Positions 46,688 through 55,807 of a DNA stretch of 64,000 bases are shown here, in pieces. A model generated the notes under the pieces. That model had not been told where the DNA came from. It ran no database searches and saw only the letters and a list, made by a program, of their open reading frames with translations. Position numbers and translations under genes: made by a program. Every line of letters starts with the position of its first letter. Within the stretch, counting starts at the first letter, position 1. This DNA is from an uncultured archaeon (GTDB lineage Archaea; Asgardarchaeota; Lokiarchaeia; Sigyniarchaeales; SOKP01). The stretch covers positions 16,985-80,984 of the forward strand of contig CAZALK010000020.1 of the NCBI GenBank assembly GCA_964486045.1, in the 5' to 3' direction.

Positions 46688-47290
46688 ATGGTTCTTGAAG
46701 TGAAACCACCACCAAAAGAAAAAAATAGTCTAACATATACTCTCCAAAATTTCGTTGCTAAGTCAATTTTGCCTATAGAAAAAGACTTAGACTTACCCTT
46801 ATTGGCTACCAAATTAAACAATTCAAAATATGACAAAAACAGCTTTCCTGGACTTTTTGTAAGGTTTAAACACCCAAAGTGTGTGATTATAATTTTTAGG
46901 AATGGAAAACTAATCCTAACAGGTTTAAAATCAGCTTCTAATATAGATTTAGTCTTAAAAGAGTTAATTCTTAAATTAGAGAAAATTGAAACAATAGAGA
47001 CATTGAAAGACCAAATCAAGGCTGAAATTGTTAATATTGTAGTCACTGCTAATTTATTTAGGGAAATAAACTTAGATGCGGCAGTGATTAAGTTAAATAA
47101 TGCAATTTATGAGCCTGAGGTGTTTCCGGGATTAGTTTATCATTCCTCTTCTCCAGTAAAATCTGTTTTTTTGATTTTTAGTACAGGTAAAATCGTTCTC
47201 ACGGGAATACGGGAAGAAAACGTAATTGAACCTGTTTTAGTTAATCTTGGCCGTTTATTAAAAGAGGAAAATTTATTTAGAAATGTCTAA
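46688..47290 (+). CDS. tbp: TATA-box binding protein
   Basis: It has two TBP repeats: IQNFVAKSIL...FPGLFVRFKHPKCVIIIFRNGKLILTGLKS and IVNIVVTANL...FPGLVYHSSSPVKSVFLIFSTGKIVLTGIRE. The track start is the TTG at 46673, but the ATG at 46688 is more likely. Confidence 0.9.
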   Translation: MVLEVKPPPKEKNSLTYTLQNFVAKSILPIEKDLDLPLLATKLNNSKYDKNSFPGLFVRFKHPKCVIIIFRNGKLILTGLKSASNIDLVLKELILKLEKIETIETLKDQIKAEIVNIVVTANLFREINLDAAVIKLNNAIYEPEVFPGLVYHSSSPVKSVFLIFSTGKIVLTGIREENVIEPVLVNLGRLLKEENLFRNV

Positions 47291-47417
47291 CCTCGGATCA
47301 ACATTCAGTATAATTTATTAAAATTATGAATAAGATTTTTTTTCTATGAAATATTGTAAATGTTGAAGAATAAAGTTAATTTTTAAAAAAATAAAATTTC
47401 ATAAAGGGAGAATTAAT

Positions 47418-48272
47418 ATGTCAGAAAATAACCAGAGTAATCAAAACTCAGAAAAAGTAGAAGAAGCAGAAGCAAAAAAACCTGAGGATGAAGAAATAAA
47501 AGCTAAAACCAAATTCACTTTTAAATGCACTCGAGGTGGCGATTGTTGCATAGCTCGTGGACCTATTCCTATTACTTTTTGGGATTTAGAATTATGGGCA
47601 AAAAATGGAGTTGTTGCAAATTTCATGCCATATTTGGACATCTACCAAAAACCAGATGGAGCAATTGATTTAATATTAAAACCATTACCCCCAAAACCTA
47701 AAGAAGGAGAAGAAGAAGATACTAAAAAAGATCCATTCGGGGGGGGTATTCCGATTGAAGAATTACTTGATGTCAAGTGCCCGTTGTATAATAAGGATGA
47801 TAAAAAATGTCTTATTTATGACAATCGTCCACTAAGTTGCAGAACTTATCCTTTGGAATTTGATGGAAAGAATTATATCTTAGTCGATGCTGATTGTCCT
47901 GGTATAGGTGAATCGGGCATGACTAAGGAAGAATTAGTGAAGATGAGAGAAACAGCAAAAACAATGAATTATGAATTAACAAGGATGAGAATCGCTTTAC
48001 CAGTTTTAAATCAAGTTGTCTCCAATAATTTTATGAGAATGCTAATGAAACAACAAATGAATGCCATGAGTAATATGTCAGATGATGATCGGGGCAAACT
48101 TGACGATATACTCAAAAAACAAGAACCGGAACATAACCATGACTCAGAACATAACCATGACTTAGAACATGATCATGACTCAGAACATGATCACGACTCA
48201 GAACATGATCACGACTCTGAACATGATCACGACTCAGAACATGATCACGACTCAGAACATGATCATGAATAA
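47418..48272 (+). CDS. YkgJ-like cysteine-cluster protein with His/Asp-rich repetitive C-terminal tail
   Basis: FKCTRGGDCC, CLIYDNRPLSCRTYPL and CPGIG blocks make it a paralog of 23639..24259. The C-terminal (EH[ND]HD[SL])x8 tail is present. GGGAG lies 7 nt before the ATG. Confidence 0.7.
   Translation: MSENNQSNQNSEKVEEAEAKKPEDEEIKAKTKFTFKCTRGGDCCIARGPIPITFWDLELWAKNGVVANFMPYLDIYQKPDGAIDLILKPLPPKPKEGEEEDTKKDPFGGGIPIEELLDVKCPLYNKDDKKCLIYDNRPLSCRTYPLEFDGKNYILVDADCPGIGESGMTKEELVKMRETAKTMNYELTRMRIALPVLNQVVSNNFMRMLMKQQMNAMSNMSDDDRGKLDDILKKQEPEHNHDSEHNHDLEHDHDSEHDHDSEHDHDSEHDHDSEHDHDSEHDHE
48129..48272 (+). repeat. 18-bp tandem repeat x8 (coding) GAACATGATCACGACTCA
   Basis: Eight consecutive near-identical 18-mers run to the stop codon. 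The first two have AAC (Asn) in place of GAT/GAC. Confidence 0.9.
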
Positions 48273-48327
48273 CAAACTTTTTTCTTTATTATAATTTTTT
48301 TGTAAATAAATACAAACTGCTTGTATT

Positions 48328-48846
48328 ATGAGAGAGATAAAGGTTAAAAATTCAAAGATCAGACTTGTTCAAGGAGATATTACAGAATTGGTGATAGATG
48401 CGGTTGTAAATGCAGCGAATTCTCAGCTTAGACTTGGTGGAGGAGTTGCAGGAGCAATTAGAAGGAAAGGTGGGCCGACAATTCAAGAAGAATGTGACGT
48501 AATTGGTGAAACATTTGTAGGTGGGGCTGTTATTACAACCGGTGGAAATTTGAAAGCTAAACATGTAATCCATGCTGTGGGTCCTAGGATGGGTGAAGGA
48601 AATGAAGATACTAAATTAAGGAATGCCACTTTGAATAGTTTAAGGTTAATGGATGCTTATAGATTAAAAACTATTGCCTTTCCAGCAATATCTACTGGAA
48701 TTTTTGGGTATCCAATCGGTAAATGTTCAAAAATCATGATTACGACAGCAAAAGAATATTTAAGTACTAAAACTCAAATTAATGAAGTTATTTTTTGCCT
48801 ATATACGAGTTCAGATCTCGAAGTTTTTGAAAAAGAGTTAAAATAA
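48328..48846 (+). CDS. macro-domain protein (ADP-ribose / O-acetyl-ADP-ribose hydrolase-like)
   Basis: GDITELVIDAVVNAANSQLRLGGGVAGAI, HAVGP and FPAISTGIFGYP are canonical macro-domain blocks. Confidence 0.85.
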   Translation: MREIKVKNSKIRLVQGDITELVIDAVVNAANSQLRLGGGVAGAIRRKGGPTIQEECDVIGETFVGGAVITTGGNLKAKHVIHAVGPRMGEGNEDTKLRNATLNSLRLMDAYRLKTIAFPAISTGIFGYPIGKCSKIMITTAKEYLSTKTQINEVIFCLYTSSDLEVFEKELK

Positions 48847-48958
48847 TTCATTCTTGACGTTACTTTTTTTATTAAAGTTATATTTATAATCAGAAGAAGA
48901 ATAAATTATAGTAAGATATTTTCTCAATATAATTACAGTTTATGGGTTTATCTTTAAG

Positions 48959-51871
48959 ATGAGTGATTATAAGTATATAAAATTCTTTGAAGATTTAAGA
49001 GTGGGAGATGTACCTCTTGTAGGAGGGAAAAACGCTTCACTTGGTGAATTATTGAGCTTTGGAATGCCTGTTCCATTTGGTTTTGCAATAACTGTGAACG
49101 CTTTTGATTATGTGTTAGATACTAACTTCTTTACTATAAAAGATAAGGAAGTGTCACTTAGGGAGTTGATTGCAAGAGATATTAGAAGGATTTCTAACGA
49201 ATTGAAATCAGAAGATATAAAAGTCGTTGAGAAAGTAGACAAAATTTGCGCTAATATTCGCTATGTTATCGAACAATCAAAAATTCCGGATTCTCTCTCA
49301 GATGAAATCTTACAGGCTTATTCAAAGTTAAATGAAAAATTAGGGACAAAATCTACATTCGCAGTTAGGAGTTCCGCCACAGCTGAGGATCTACCTGATG
49401 CATCGTTTGCAGGACAACAAGATACGCATTTAAATATCTCGGGTGAAGATAATATTTTAGAATATGTTTTGAAGGATATGGCTTCTATTTTTACTACGAG
49501 AGCAACTATGTATCGTGAACGTGCGGGTTTTGACCACTTTTCTGTAAAGTTAAGTGTTTGTGTCCAGTTTATGGCAGGTGGTTTGGGTGGTGTTAAGTCT
49601 TCTGGTGTAATGTTCACTGAAGACCCTGATTCAGGTAATCCAAATGTTATTTCAATTAGAGGAACATGGGGCTTAGGAGAATTGATCGTGCAAGGTGTTG
49701 AAAAAGGAGACGAATTCTTAGTATTCAAACACGACCCCAAAGGACTAAGGATAATTCGTCGTGAATTAGTAAATAAAGAAAAAATGATGATATTTACTAA
49801 TAAGACTGAAAGTATAGGTACTGAAGTCGTTCCGGTACCGGAAGACAAACAAAGAATGTATAGTTTAACAGAAAAGGAAGTTTTAACCTTAGCAGAATAT
49901 GCACTAAAGATTAGAGAACATTATGGTAAAAGAATGGATATTGAATGGGCTGTTGGGAACAATAATGAAGTATACATCGTTCAAGCACGTCCCGAGACAG
50001 TTCATAGCATGAAAGGAGATGTAGAGGAAATATTTTATCTTCTTGAAGATCCCATGAAATTAATTCAGGATGGTTTATTAGTAGAAAATTCTGGAATTGC
50101 AATTGGTCGAAGAATTGGATATGGAAAAGTTAAGGTTATCGAATCAATTAGTGATGCAAATTTATTAAGAGAAGGAGATATTCTTATTACTGAGGAAACA
50201 AATCCAGATTGGACATCCTATATGCAAAATCTTGGTGGTGTTATCACGGAACGCGGTGGCCCAACCTGTCATGCGGCCATAGTTTCAAGAGAATTAAATA
50301 TTTCGTCAATTGTTGGGGCTGATGACATTATACAGGTAATGAAGGAAAAGCAACGAGATGGGATTGACTATGTAACAATAGATTGTAGTGAAGGGGAACC
50401 AAGAATATGGTTAAAAGATGTAGAATATGACTTTGATACAATTGAATTCGCTAAACTCCCACAAACAAAAACTAAGGTATTGGTAAATTTAGGAATACCG
50501 AAGGGAGCTCTTTCCTCAGGGAAATATCCCGATGGAACGGGGTTAGCAAGATTAGAATTTATAATCAACGATGAGGCCCAAATCCATCCAAATGCTTTAA
50601 TTGATTTCGAAGCTTTGATTTTGCGTCTTGAAATTTTACTCGATCAAAGAAATAAAATTGAAAACATAAAAAAAAGTGATTTGTATCCTAAAGATCCTTT
50701 TAATCAAGAAATATATCAATTAAGGCAGACATTAGATAAAATCAGAGAAGTTACTTTTGGGTACGATGATAAAAAAGAATTTTATGTTGATAAATTAGCT
50801 GAAGGAATTGCTACTATTGCTGCGGGAGTATGGAAAACTTTACCAGATGGCAGTGCTGCTGAATGTGTAGTAAGGCTTTCAGACTTTAAGACCAATGAAT
50901 ATGCAAATTTAATTGGGGGTTGGATCTATGAAGGAGAAGAAAATAACCCCCTTTTGGGCTTCAGGGGTTGTTCTCGCTATTCCCACGATGAGTTTCAAGA
51001 AGCGTTCCTCCTGGAATTAAGAGCTATCAAAAAAGCTCGTGGTTGGGGGCTGTCCAATATTATTCCGATGCTTCCGTTCTGTCGCTCCCATAACGAGGCA
51101 GCTCGGATATTAGAAATCATGGAAAGTGAAGGATTAGTTCGAGGAGAAGATGGATTAAAGGTTTATGTTATGGCAGAAATCCCTTCGAATATTATATGTG
51201 CTGACTTATTCAGTGAAATTCTTGACGGATTTTCCATAGGATCGAATGATTTAACGATGCTGACCTTTGGCGTTGACCGGGATGAAGCAAAGCTAATACC
51301 AATCGCTAACGAATTCAAATATACAACAAATAGTGAAGCTTTAAGAAGATCATTAAAACACCTCATTAAGACTGCTCATGAATATAATAGAAAAGTTGGA
51401 ATTTGCGGTCAAGCTCCGAGTGATGATCCCGATTTCTTAAGGTTCCTTGTCCAAGAGGGTATAGACTCCATCTCATTAAATTTCGACACATTCGCAAAAG
51501 GGAGGATTAATACGTGGCGTACTGAAGTAATTGAGAATAAACTTAAGGATGATGAAGAAGGAAAAAGCAAATCTTACGGTTTTCTTAGTGATTGTGATAA
51601 TTTAATTAACAACATCAGAATTCCTCGGGGAAAATTACGAAATTTGGTGAGAAAGCAAGGAAAAGAAGTCGATAAGAAACTTGGAGAATATACTGAACGT
51701 TATAATCAAATATTCCAAGAGATTCAAGATATTTCAGCGAAATTTGTTGAAGACATAGCTCAAACACAAAAGTTTGAGGATGTGTTTAAGAAATATGATG
51801 GTAAAATGACAATTTTTGAAGAGGAAATCCCCAAACTTCAGAAAGAAATTAGACGATTCAAGATATATTAA
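48959..51871 (+). CDS. ppsA: phosphoenolpyruvate synthase / pyruvate, water dikinase-like enzyme with about 130-aa C-terminal extension
   Basis: An N-terminal ATP-grasp domain (VGGKNASLGEL, RSSATAEDLPDASFAGQ) is present. The swivel phospho-His domain reads GGPTCHAAIVSRELNI. The PEP-utilising TIM barrel shows GFSIGSNDL and ICGQAPSD. The extra charged helical C-terminus follows. Confidence 0.8.
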   Translation: MSDYKYIKFFEDLRVGDVPLVGGKNASLGELLSFGMPVPFGFAITVNAFDYVLDTNFFTIKDKEVSLRELIARDIRRISNELKSEDIKVVEKVDKICANIRYVIEQSKIPDSLSDEILQAYSKLNEKLGTKSTFAVRSSATAEDLPDASFAGQQDTHLNISGEDNILEYVLKDMASIFTTRATMYRERAGFDHFSVKLSVCVQFMAGGLGGVKSSGVMFTEDPDSGNPNVISIRGTWGLGELIVQGVEKGDEFLVFKHDPKGLRIIRRELVNKEKMMIFTNKTESIGTEVVPVPEDKQRMYSLTEKEVLTLAEYALKIREHYGKRMDIEWAVGNNNEVYIVQARPETVHSMKGDVEEIFYLLEDPMKLIQDGLLVENSGIAIGRRIGYGKVKVIESISDANLLREGDILITEETNPDWTSYMQNLGGVITERGGPTCHAAIVSRELNISSIVGADDIIQVMKEKQRDGIDYVTIDCSEGEPRIWLKDVEYDFDTIEFAKLPQTKTKVLVNLGIPKGALSSGKYPDGTGLARLEFIINDEAQIHPNALIDFEALILRLEILLDQRNKIENIKKSDLYPKDPFNQEIYQLRQTLDKIREVTFGYDDKKEFYVDKLAEGIATIAAGVWKTLPDGSAAECVVRLSDFKTNEYANLIGGWIYEGEENNPLLGFRGCSRYSHDEFQEAFLLELRAIKKARGWGLSNIIPMLPFCRSHNEAARILEIMESEGLVRGEDGLKVYVMAEIPSNIICADLFSEILDGFSIGSNDLTMLTFGVDRDEAKLIPIANEFKYTTNSEALRRSLKHLIKTAHEYNRKVGICGQAPSDDPDFLRFLVQEGIDSISLNFDTFAKGRINTWRTEVIENKLKDDEEGKSKSYGFLSDCDNLINNIRIPRGKLRNLVRKQGKEVDKKLGEYTERYNQIFQEIQDISAKFVEDIAQTQKFEDVFKKYDGKMTIFEEEIPKLQKEIRRFKIY

Positions 51872-52061
51872 TCAGCCAAACTTAAAAAATGCTATTCTTT
51901 CTATTTGGTAGTATACATTCCAATATAAAATGACCCTCACTAAAGCATGAGATTTGGAAATTTGGTATTTCCTAAAAATAAATTCAAAAACAAAAAAATT
52001 AAATTTTAAATAATATTTCAAAATTTAAATTCCTCATTAAATACACTATTTTTGGTGATTT

Positions 52062-52343
52062 TTGTCCATGGCAAACGGATTTAACGACGTAATAAAAACA
52101 GCTTTCGAAGAAGTTGAAAATCTTTTAAATGGGTTGTTAGGTGACCGAAGCGTACCCCGAAACATTAAAAGAGTTGCTCAGAAAGGTATCGATGAACTTA
52201 ATAAAGAGGATGAAACCGCTGGTGTGCTTGCCAGTAATGTTATGTATATGGTTGATGATTTAAGTTTAGATCCAAATATACCCTTTCATTCCCGTACTAC
52301 TATTTACAGAATTATTTCTATTTTAGAAAAAATTAAAGATTAA
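52062..52343 (+). CDS. UPF0147 family archaeal protein
   Basis: DRSVPRNIKRVAQKGIDEL...VDDLSLDPNIPFHSRTTIYRIISILE matches the UPF0147 pattern (D-x-x-V-PRN-I-R-x-A...DPN-M-P...R). The probable start is the ATG at 52068. Confidence 0.7.
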   Translation: MSMANGFNDVIKTAFEEVENLLNGLLGDRSVPRNIKRVAQKGIDELNKEDETAGVLASNVMYMVDDLSLDPNIPFHSRTTIYRIISILEKIKD

Positions 52344-52462
52344 ATCATTTCAAGAGCAATATTTAACTAATTATTTTTATTTGAAAAATTGGGGATTAAT
52401 CAACTCCTATTTATTAAATTTCATTTTATTAATACAAGAATTTATAGAATCCTAATACCTAT

Positions 52463-52536
52463 GGGAAGGTGGTCTAGATTGGTATGATTCTTGGTTCGGA
52501 ACCAAGAAACCGGGGGTTCAAATCCCCCCTTTCCCA
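52463..52536 (+). tRNA. tRNA-Pro (anticodon CGG)
   Basis: The 74-nt cloverleaf was folded by hand. The acceptor stem is GGGAAGG/CTTTCCC (one G-U). The anticodon stem is CTTGG/CCAAG with loop TTCGGAA, giving anticodon CGG. The T arm is GGGGG-TTCAAAT-CCCCC, the discriminator is A, and CCA is not encoded. It forms a G/C-rich island in AT-rich DNA. Confidence 0.85.
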
Positions 52537-52626
52537 ATAAATCTAACCCATTCATTTATAAAGTGAAATGTATTTAATTAGATAGGAATTAAGCAATTTA
52601 TTTAATTTAATTGGGGACTTTGAATT

Positions 52627-53331
52627 ATGGCATTAGATCTAAACGGATGGATTGATGGTATAACAGCCACAGGTGTAGTAGTTTTTGGTATATTTGTAGG
52701 TTTATTCTTTTTTTACGAGTCAAGAAAGAGGAATGCAAAACTTTTAGCTTATTTGGGTTTAGCTAATTTGTTTGCTGGTCTTATGTTTTTAGGTGTGTTT
52801 TTAGATTTCCTTTTTGTACTCATATTACAGCAGAATATTGTTAATAATGGAATTGTAGCATTACTTTCTTATATCTGGTTTGCTCCTGTAATAATATCAG
52901 CGATGTATATTGGAGCTGAGCTCTTAGCTCCAAAAATAAAAAAACCTATATTCATAATCTTCTTAATTATTTCCATTATCTTTGAAATTGTAATATTCAT
53001 AGATCGTACAAATTCATTTAATTTCGTCCCTGCTATACCTATCCCTCCACCTATAAATTTAATTGATTATAATGTCAGTCTTCTCTCTTTAGCTGGAATA
53101 CTTATGGGTGGGTTATTATTACTGGTTTTGGTATTTTTAGGATTAGGATTTTTATATAAAGCATTGCAATCTTCAGGAGTAATTCGAAAAAATTTCTTAC
53201 TATTATCTGCTGGTTCAATTTCTTTCTGTATTTTTGGGTTATTAGAAGGTTTAATTGCTCCGGGACCGCTTGTAATTTTTATAAGGTTGGGTTATGGTAG
53301 TTCCTTTATACTCATGTATTTCGGTCTGTAA
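52627..53331 (+). CDS. hypothetical multi-pass membrane protein
   Basis: 234 aa with about 7 hydrophobic segments and no recognisable family. Confidence 0.5.
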   Translation: MALDLNGWIDGITATGVVVFGIFVGLFFFYESRKRNAKLLAYLGLANLFAGLMFLGVFLDFLFVLILQQNIVNNGIVALLSYIWFAPVIISAMYIGAELLAPKIKKPIFIIFLIISIIFEIVIFIDRTNSFNFVPAIPIPPPINLIDYNVSLLSLAGILMGGLLLLVLVFLGLGFLYKALQSSGVIRKNFLLLSAGSISFCIFGLLEGLIAPGPLVIFIRLGYGSSFILMYFGL

Positions 53332-53439
53332 AAGATATCCTTAAGTTCTTTTTTTTTACTCAGCGAATAATATTTATATGTAAAAATTAAATTAATTGTT
53401 AAGAGTGAATTATTTATTGGTAGTTTTTAGTAAAATCCT

Positions 53440-54492
53440 TTGAAAACCATGGAAAGACAAATAATTAAAGCTGTAGTATACAGTAATTTAGATGAAGAAT
53501 TGGGTCCCGATCCTAAAGCTTTTACACCTGATAATTTTCCTCTAGTAAATTTAATGCTTATTAGTATGAAAACCTTTGCCGTTCTTACTGGTGAGAAAGG
53601 ATTTATACCGGAGTCACTAGTTATTCTTCCGTTTCCATCACTTAAACTAAAGGGTTTAATTAAGTATATTAATTGGGAGGACCCAAAGAAACGAGGGGGT
53701 TTTGGCCAATCTAATATTGCGATATTTTTCCAAGAAATGGATGATGCAATTTTTTATAAGTATTTAAAGGAACTCTCAGCTCCGTTTAACGATGTAGCCC
53801 AAAACATCGCATTTTTAGAAAAATCTAATGCTCCTAAGGAAGATTATATTAATGAGTTAATAAATCTTCAAAATGCATTAACCGAAATTTTAGAAGAATT
53901 AAGAAGCATAGAGCTTTCGAAGTCAAACGTTGAGTCGTTGGAAGGGAGAATTAAGGATAGGAATTTGATAGATTTTCAATTTAAAATTATTCTTGTAGGG
54001 GATCCAACGGTAGGAAAAACAAGTCTAATTCTAAGATATACTGATAATGCTTTTAGGCGAGCATATGTTTCAACTATGGGTGTTCATGTTTCAAATAAAA
54101 TATTTAAAGCTGAAGATTCTGCGATTATCCAGCTTGTTTTATGGGACATAGGAGGTCAAGAAAGATTTAAAATAATGAGGCAACAGTTTTATCAAGGATC
54201 TGATGCAGTATTTATAATTTTTGACCTTACTAATCCCGATTCATTTAGAGGTGTGCCTAATTGGTATTCAGATATACAAAAACTATTAAAATTAAATAAA
54301 GAAGATACTCTAGGTTTCCTAGTTGGAAATAAGAGGGATTTAGATAAGGACATAAAAATAAAATCTGAAGAGGCTCAAAATCTGGCCGAACAGTTCAATT
54401 TAGAATATCTTGAAACTTCAGCACTCTCAGGAGAAAACGTTTATGCCGTTTTCAGCAATATCGCCAATTTACTCTATGAATCGAGAAAATAA
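53440..54492 (+). CDS. N-terminal longin-like domain + Rab/Ras-like small GTPase
   Basis: 350 aa. The N-domain IIKAVVYSNLDEELGPDPKAF...LVILPFPSLKLKGLIKYI belongs to the same family as the N-domains of the Rag-like proteins. G1 is LVGDPTVGKTS and switch I is YVSTMGV. G3 is WDIGGQERF, G4 is GNKRDL and G5 is ETSALSG. The probable start is the ATG at 53449. Confidence 0.75.
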   Translation: MKTMERQIIKAVVYSNLDEELGPDPKAFTPDNFPLVNLMLISMKTFAVLTGEKGFIPESLVILPFPSLKLKGLIKYINWEDPKKRGGFGQSNIAIFFQEMDDAIFYKYLKELSAPFNDVAQNIAFLEKSNAPKEDYINELINLQNALTEILEELRSIELSKSNVESLEGRIKDRNLIDFQFKIILVGDPTVGKTSLILRYTDNAFRRAYVSTMGVHVSNKIFKAEDSAIIQLVLWDIGGQERFKIMRQQFYQGSDAVFIIFDLTNPDSFRGVPNWYSDIQKLLKLNKEDTLGFLVGNKRDLDKDIKIKSEEAQNLAEQFNLEYLETSALSGENVYAVFSNIANLLYESRK

Positions 54493-54671
54493 TTTTGGGT
54501 GAATAGATCGTGAAAGGATGGTTTCACGAACTTATAATTCTCTAAGAAATCTATCATTTAGATTAAGAATTTTTTTAAATTCAGACGGTTAACAGTGAAG
54601 TTTAAACTATAAATTGCCCGATTAAATTATATTAATTATTTCATTATTTTTCTATAAAGAGAGTAGATAAT

Positions 54672-55505
54672 TTGTATATTGATTGTCATGCACACTTATT
54701 TTTTAACCCTATTCACACAGAAGCTATTGATGAAGATATCACAGGTGTTATCCCAACTCCTAATACAGATTTTATAAGTAAAACGATCTCTAACGCAGAA
54801 GAGAAAGGAGTTAGTCATTTTGTTGGAGTAATAAGCGATCCTAATAATTTTCCCTATTATCAGATTCAATTGGAGTTAGAAAATATTATACACATAATCG
54901 GGATCTCAAGGGGTAATGCACTTGGAGACCAAACACATATGTTTTCTCTACTGGAAAAGGAAATAGAAACAAAAATACCTCAAGGTATAGGAGAGATTGG
55001 TTTAGATTATGAATATGGTTTTGATAAGTTAAATATCCATGAAAAAAACTTGATGAAAAAAAAACAGCAGGAATTATTTGGAAAGTAAATTCAAATAGCA
55101 AAAGAAATTAATATCCCTATTGTCGTGCATGCTGGGTATGGAACAGATAAAGATATTGTTACAATATTAAAACAAGAACAAGCTCAAGATGTGGGGGGGC
55201 AAATTCATGGGTATATGTCTAATGAGGTGTTAGTTTCTGAACTACTTGATATTGGTTTTTACTTTTCATTTGGATATTTTCACACGAGAGAAGACGAATT
55301 CAAAAAAATAATTGAATTAGTCCCTTTAGAACACCTTCTTGCTGAAACTGATTATCCATATCATTTACTGGATTCTCCAAAGAGATTTATATTTCCAGAA
55401 GATGTAGTTTTAATAACTGACGAGATTGTTACTTTAAAAGTGATTGATTCTAAAATTTTTTGTAATCAGGTAATGAGAAATGCTAGACGACTCTTTAGAT
55501 ACTAG
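54672..55505 (+). CDS. tatD: TatD-family metal-dependent hydrolase, interrupted by one in-frame TAA at 55086..55088
   Basis: Track ORFs 54672..55088 and 55125..55505 share a frame. The junction reads KKQQELFGK*IQIAKEINIPIVVHAG and aligns with the conserved TatD block Q-x-x-x-F-x-x-Q-[IL]-x-[IL]-A-x-E-x-x-x-P-[VI]-x-[IV]-H, with the stop at the Gln position. The N-terminus is IDCHAHL. The final stop is TAG. Confidence 0.75.
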
Positions 55506-55807
55506 ATACGACATAGAAACCGAGAAGATCCAACTCACTGAATATTTAGAAATGTTAAGATTTATTTTTACTTTTAGTTTTAAATTCAAAAATCTTAAAT
55601 AAAAATTACTTATTATACTGAACTAATAAAAATTTTCGTCAAAAGAAGAGATAACAGATGAAGGTTGTCTTATTTAAGACAATTTTTTAAATATTTTAGA
55701 TGTAAAGATTCTTAATTAAAATAACACCAATATTTTATAAAACTACATATATAAGTTTACAAATGAAGAAAGACTAACTATTTTGTTATATAACGCATTT
55801 CTTTATT

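Noticed and set aside
46657-47046. A 129-aa minus-strand ORF overlapping the TBP gene, and similar antisense ORFs (e.g. 27539..27970, 49318..49848, 57984..58514, 8526..9202, 12597..12905).
   Set aside because: Each is antisense to a gene with strong family motifs and has no motifs of its own. These are typical shadow ORFs in AT-rich DNA.
48129-48272. Regular short direct repeats that could be mistaken for a CRISPR array.
   Set aside because: The repeats are contiguous with no spacers, have an 18-bp period, are in frame and end at the stop codon of a gene, so this is a coding tandem repeat. I saw no repeat-spacer array elsewhere in the window.
52463-53331. tRNA-Pro as a possible integration site for a mobile element or genomic island.
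   Set aside because: I found no integrase, no recognisable direct repeat of the tRNA 3' end and no phage or plasmid genes downstream. The following genes are a membrane protein and the GTPase genes.
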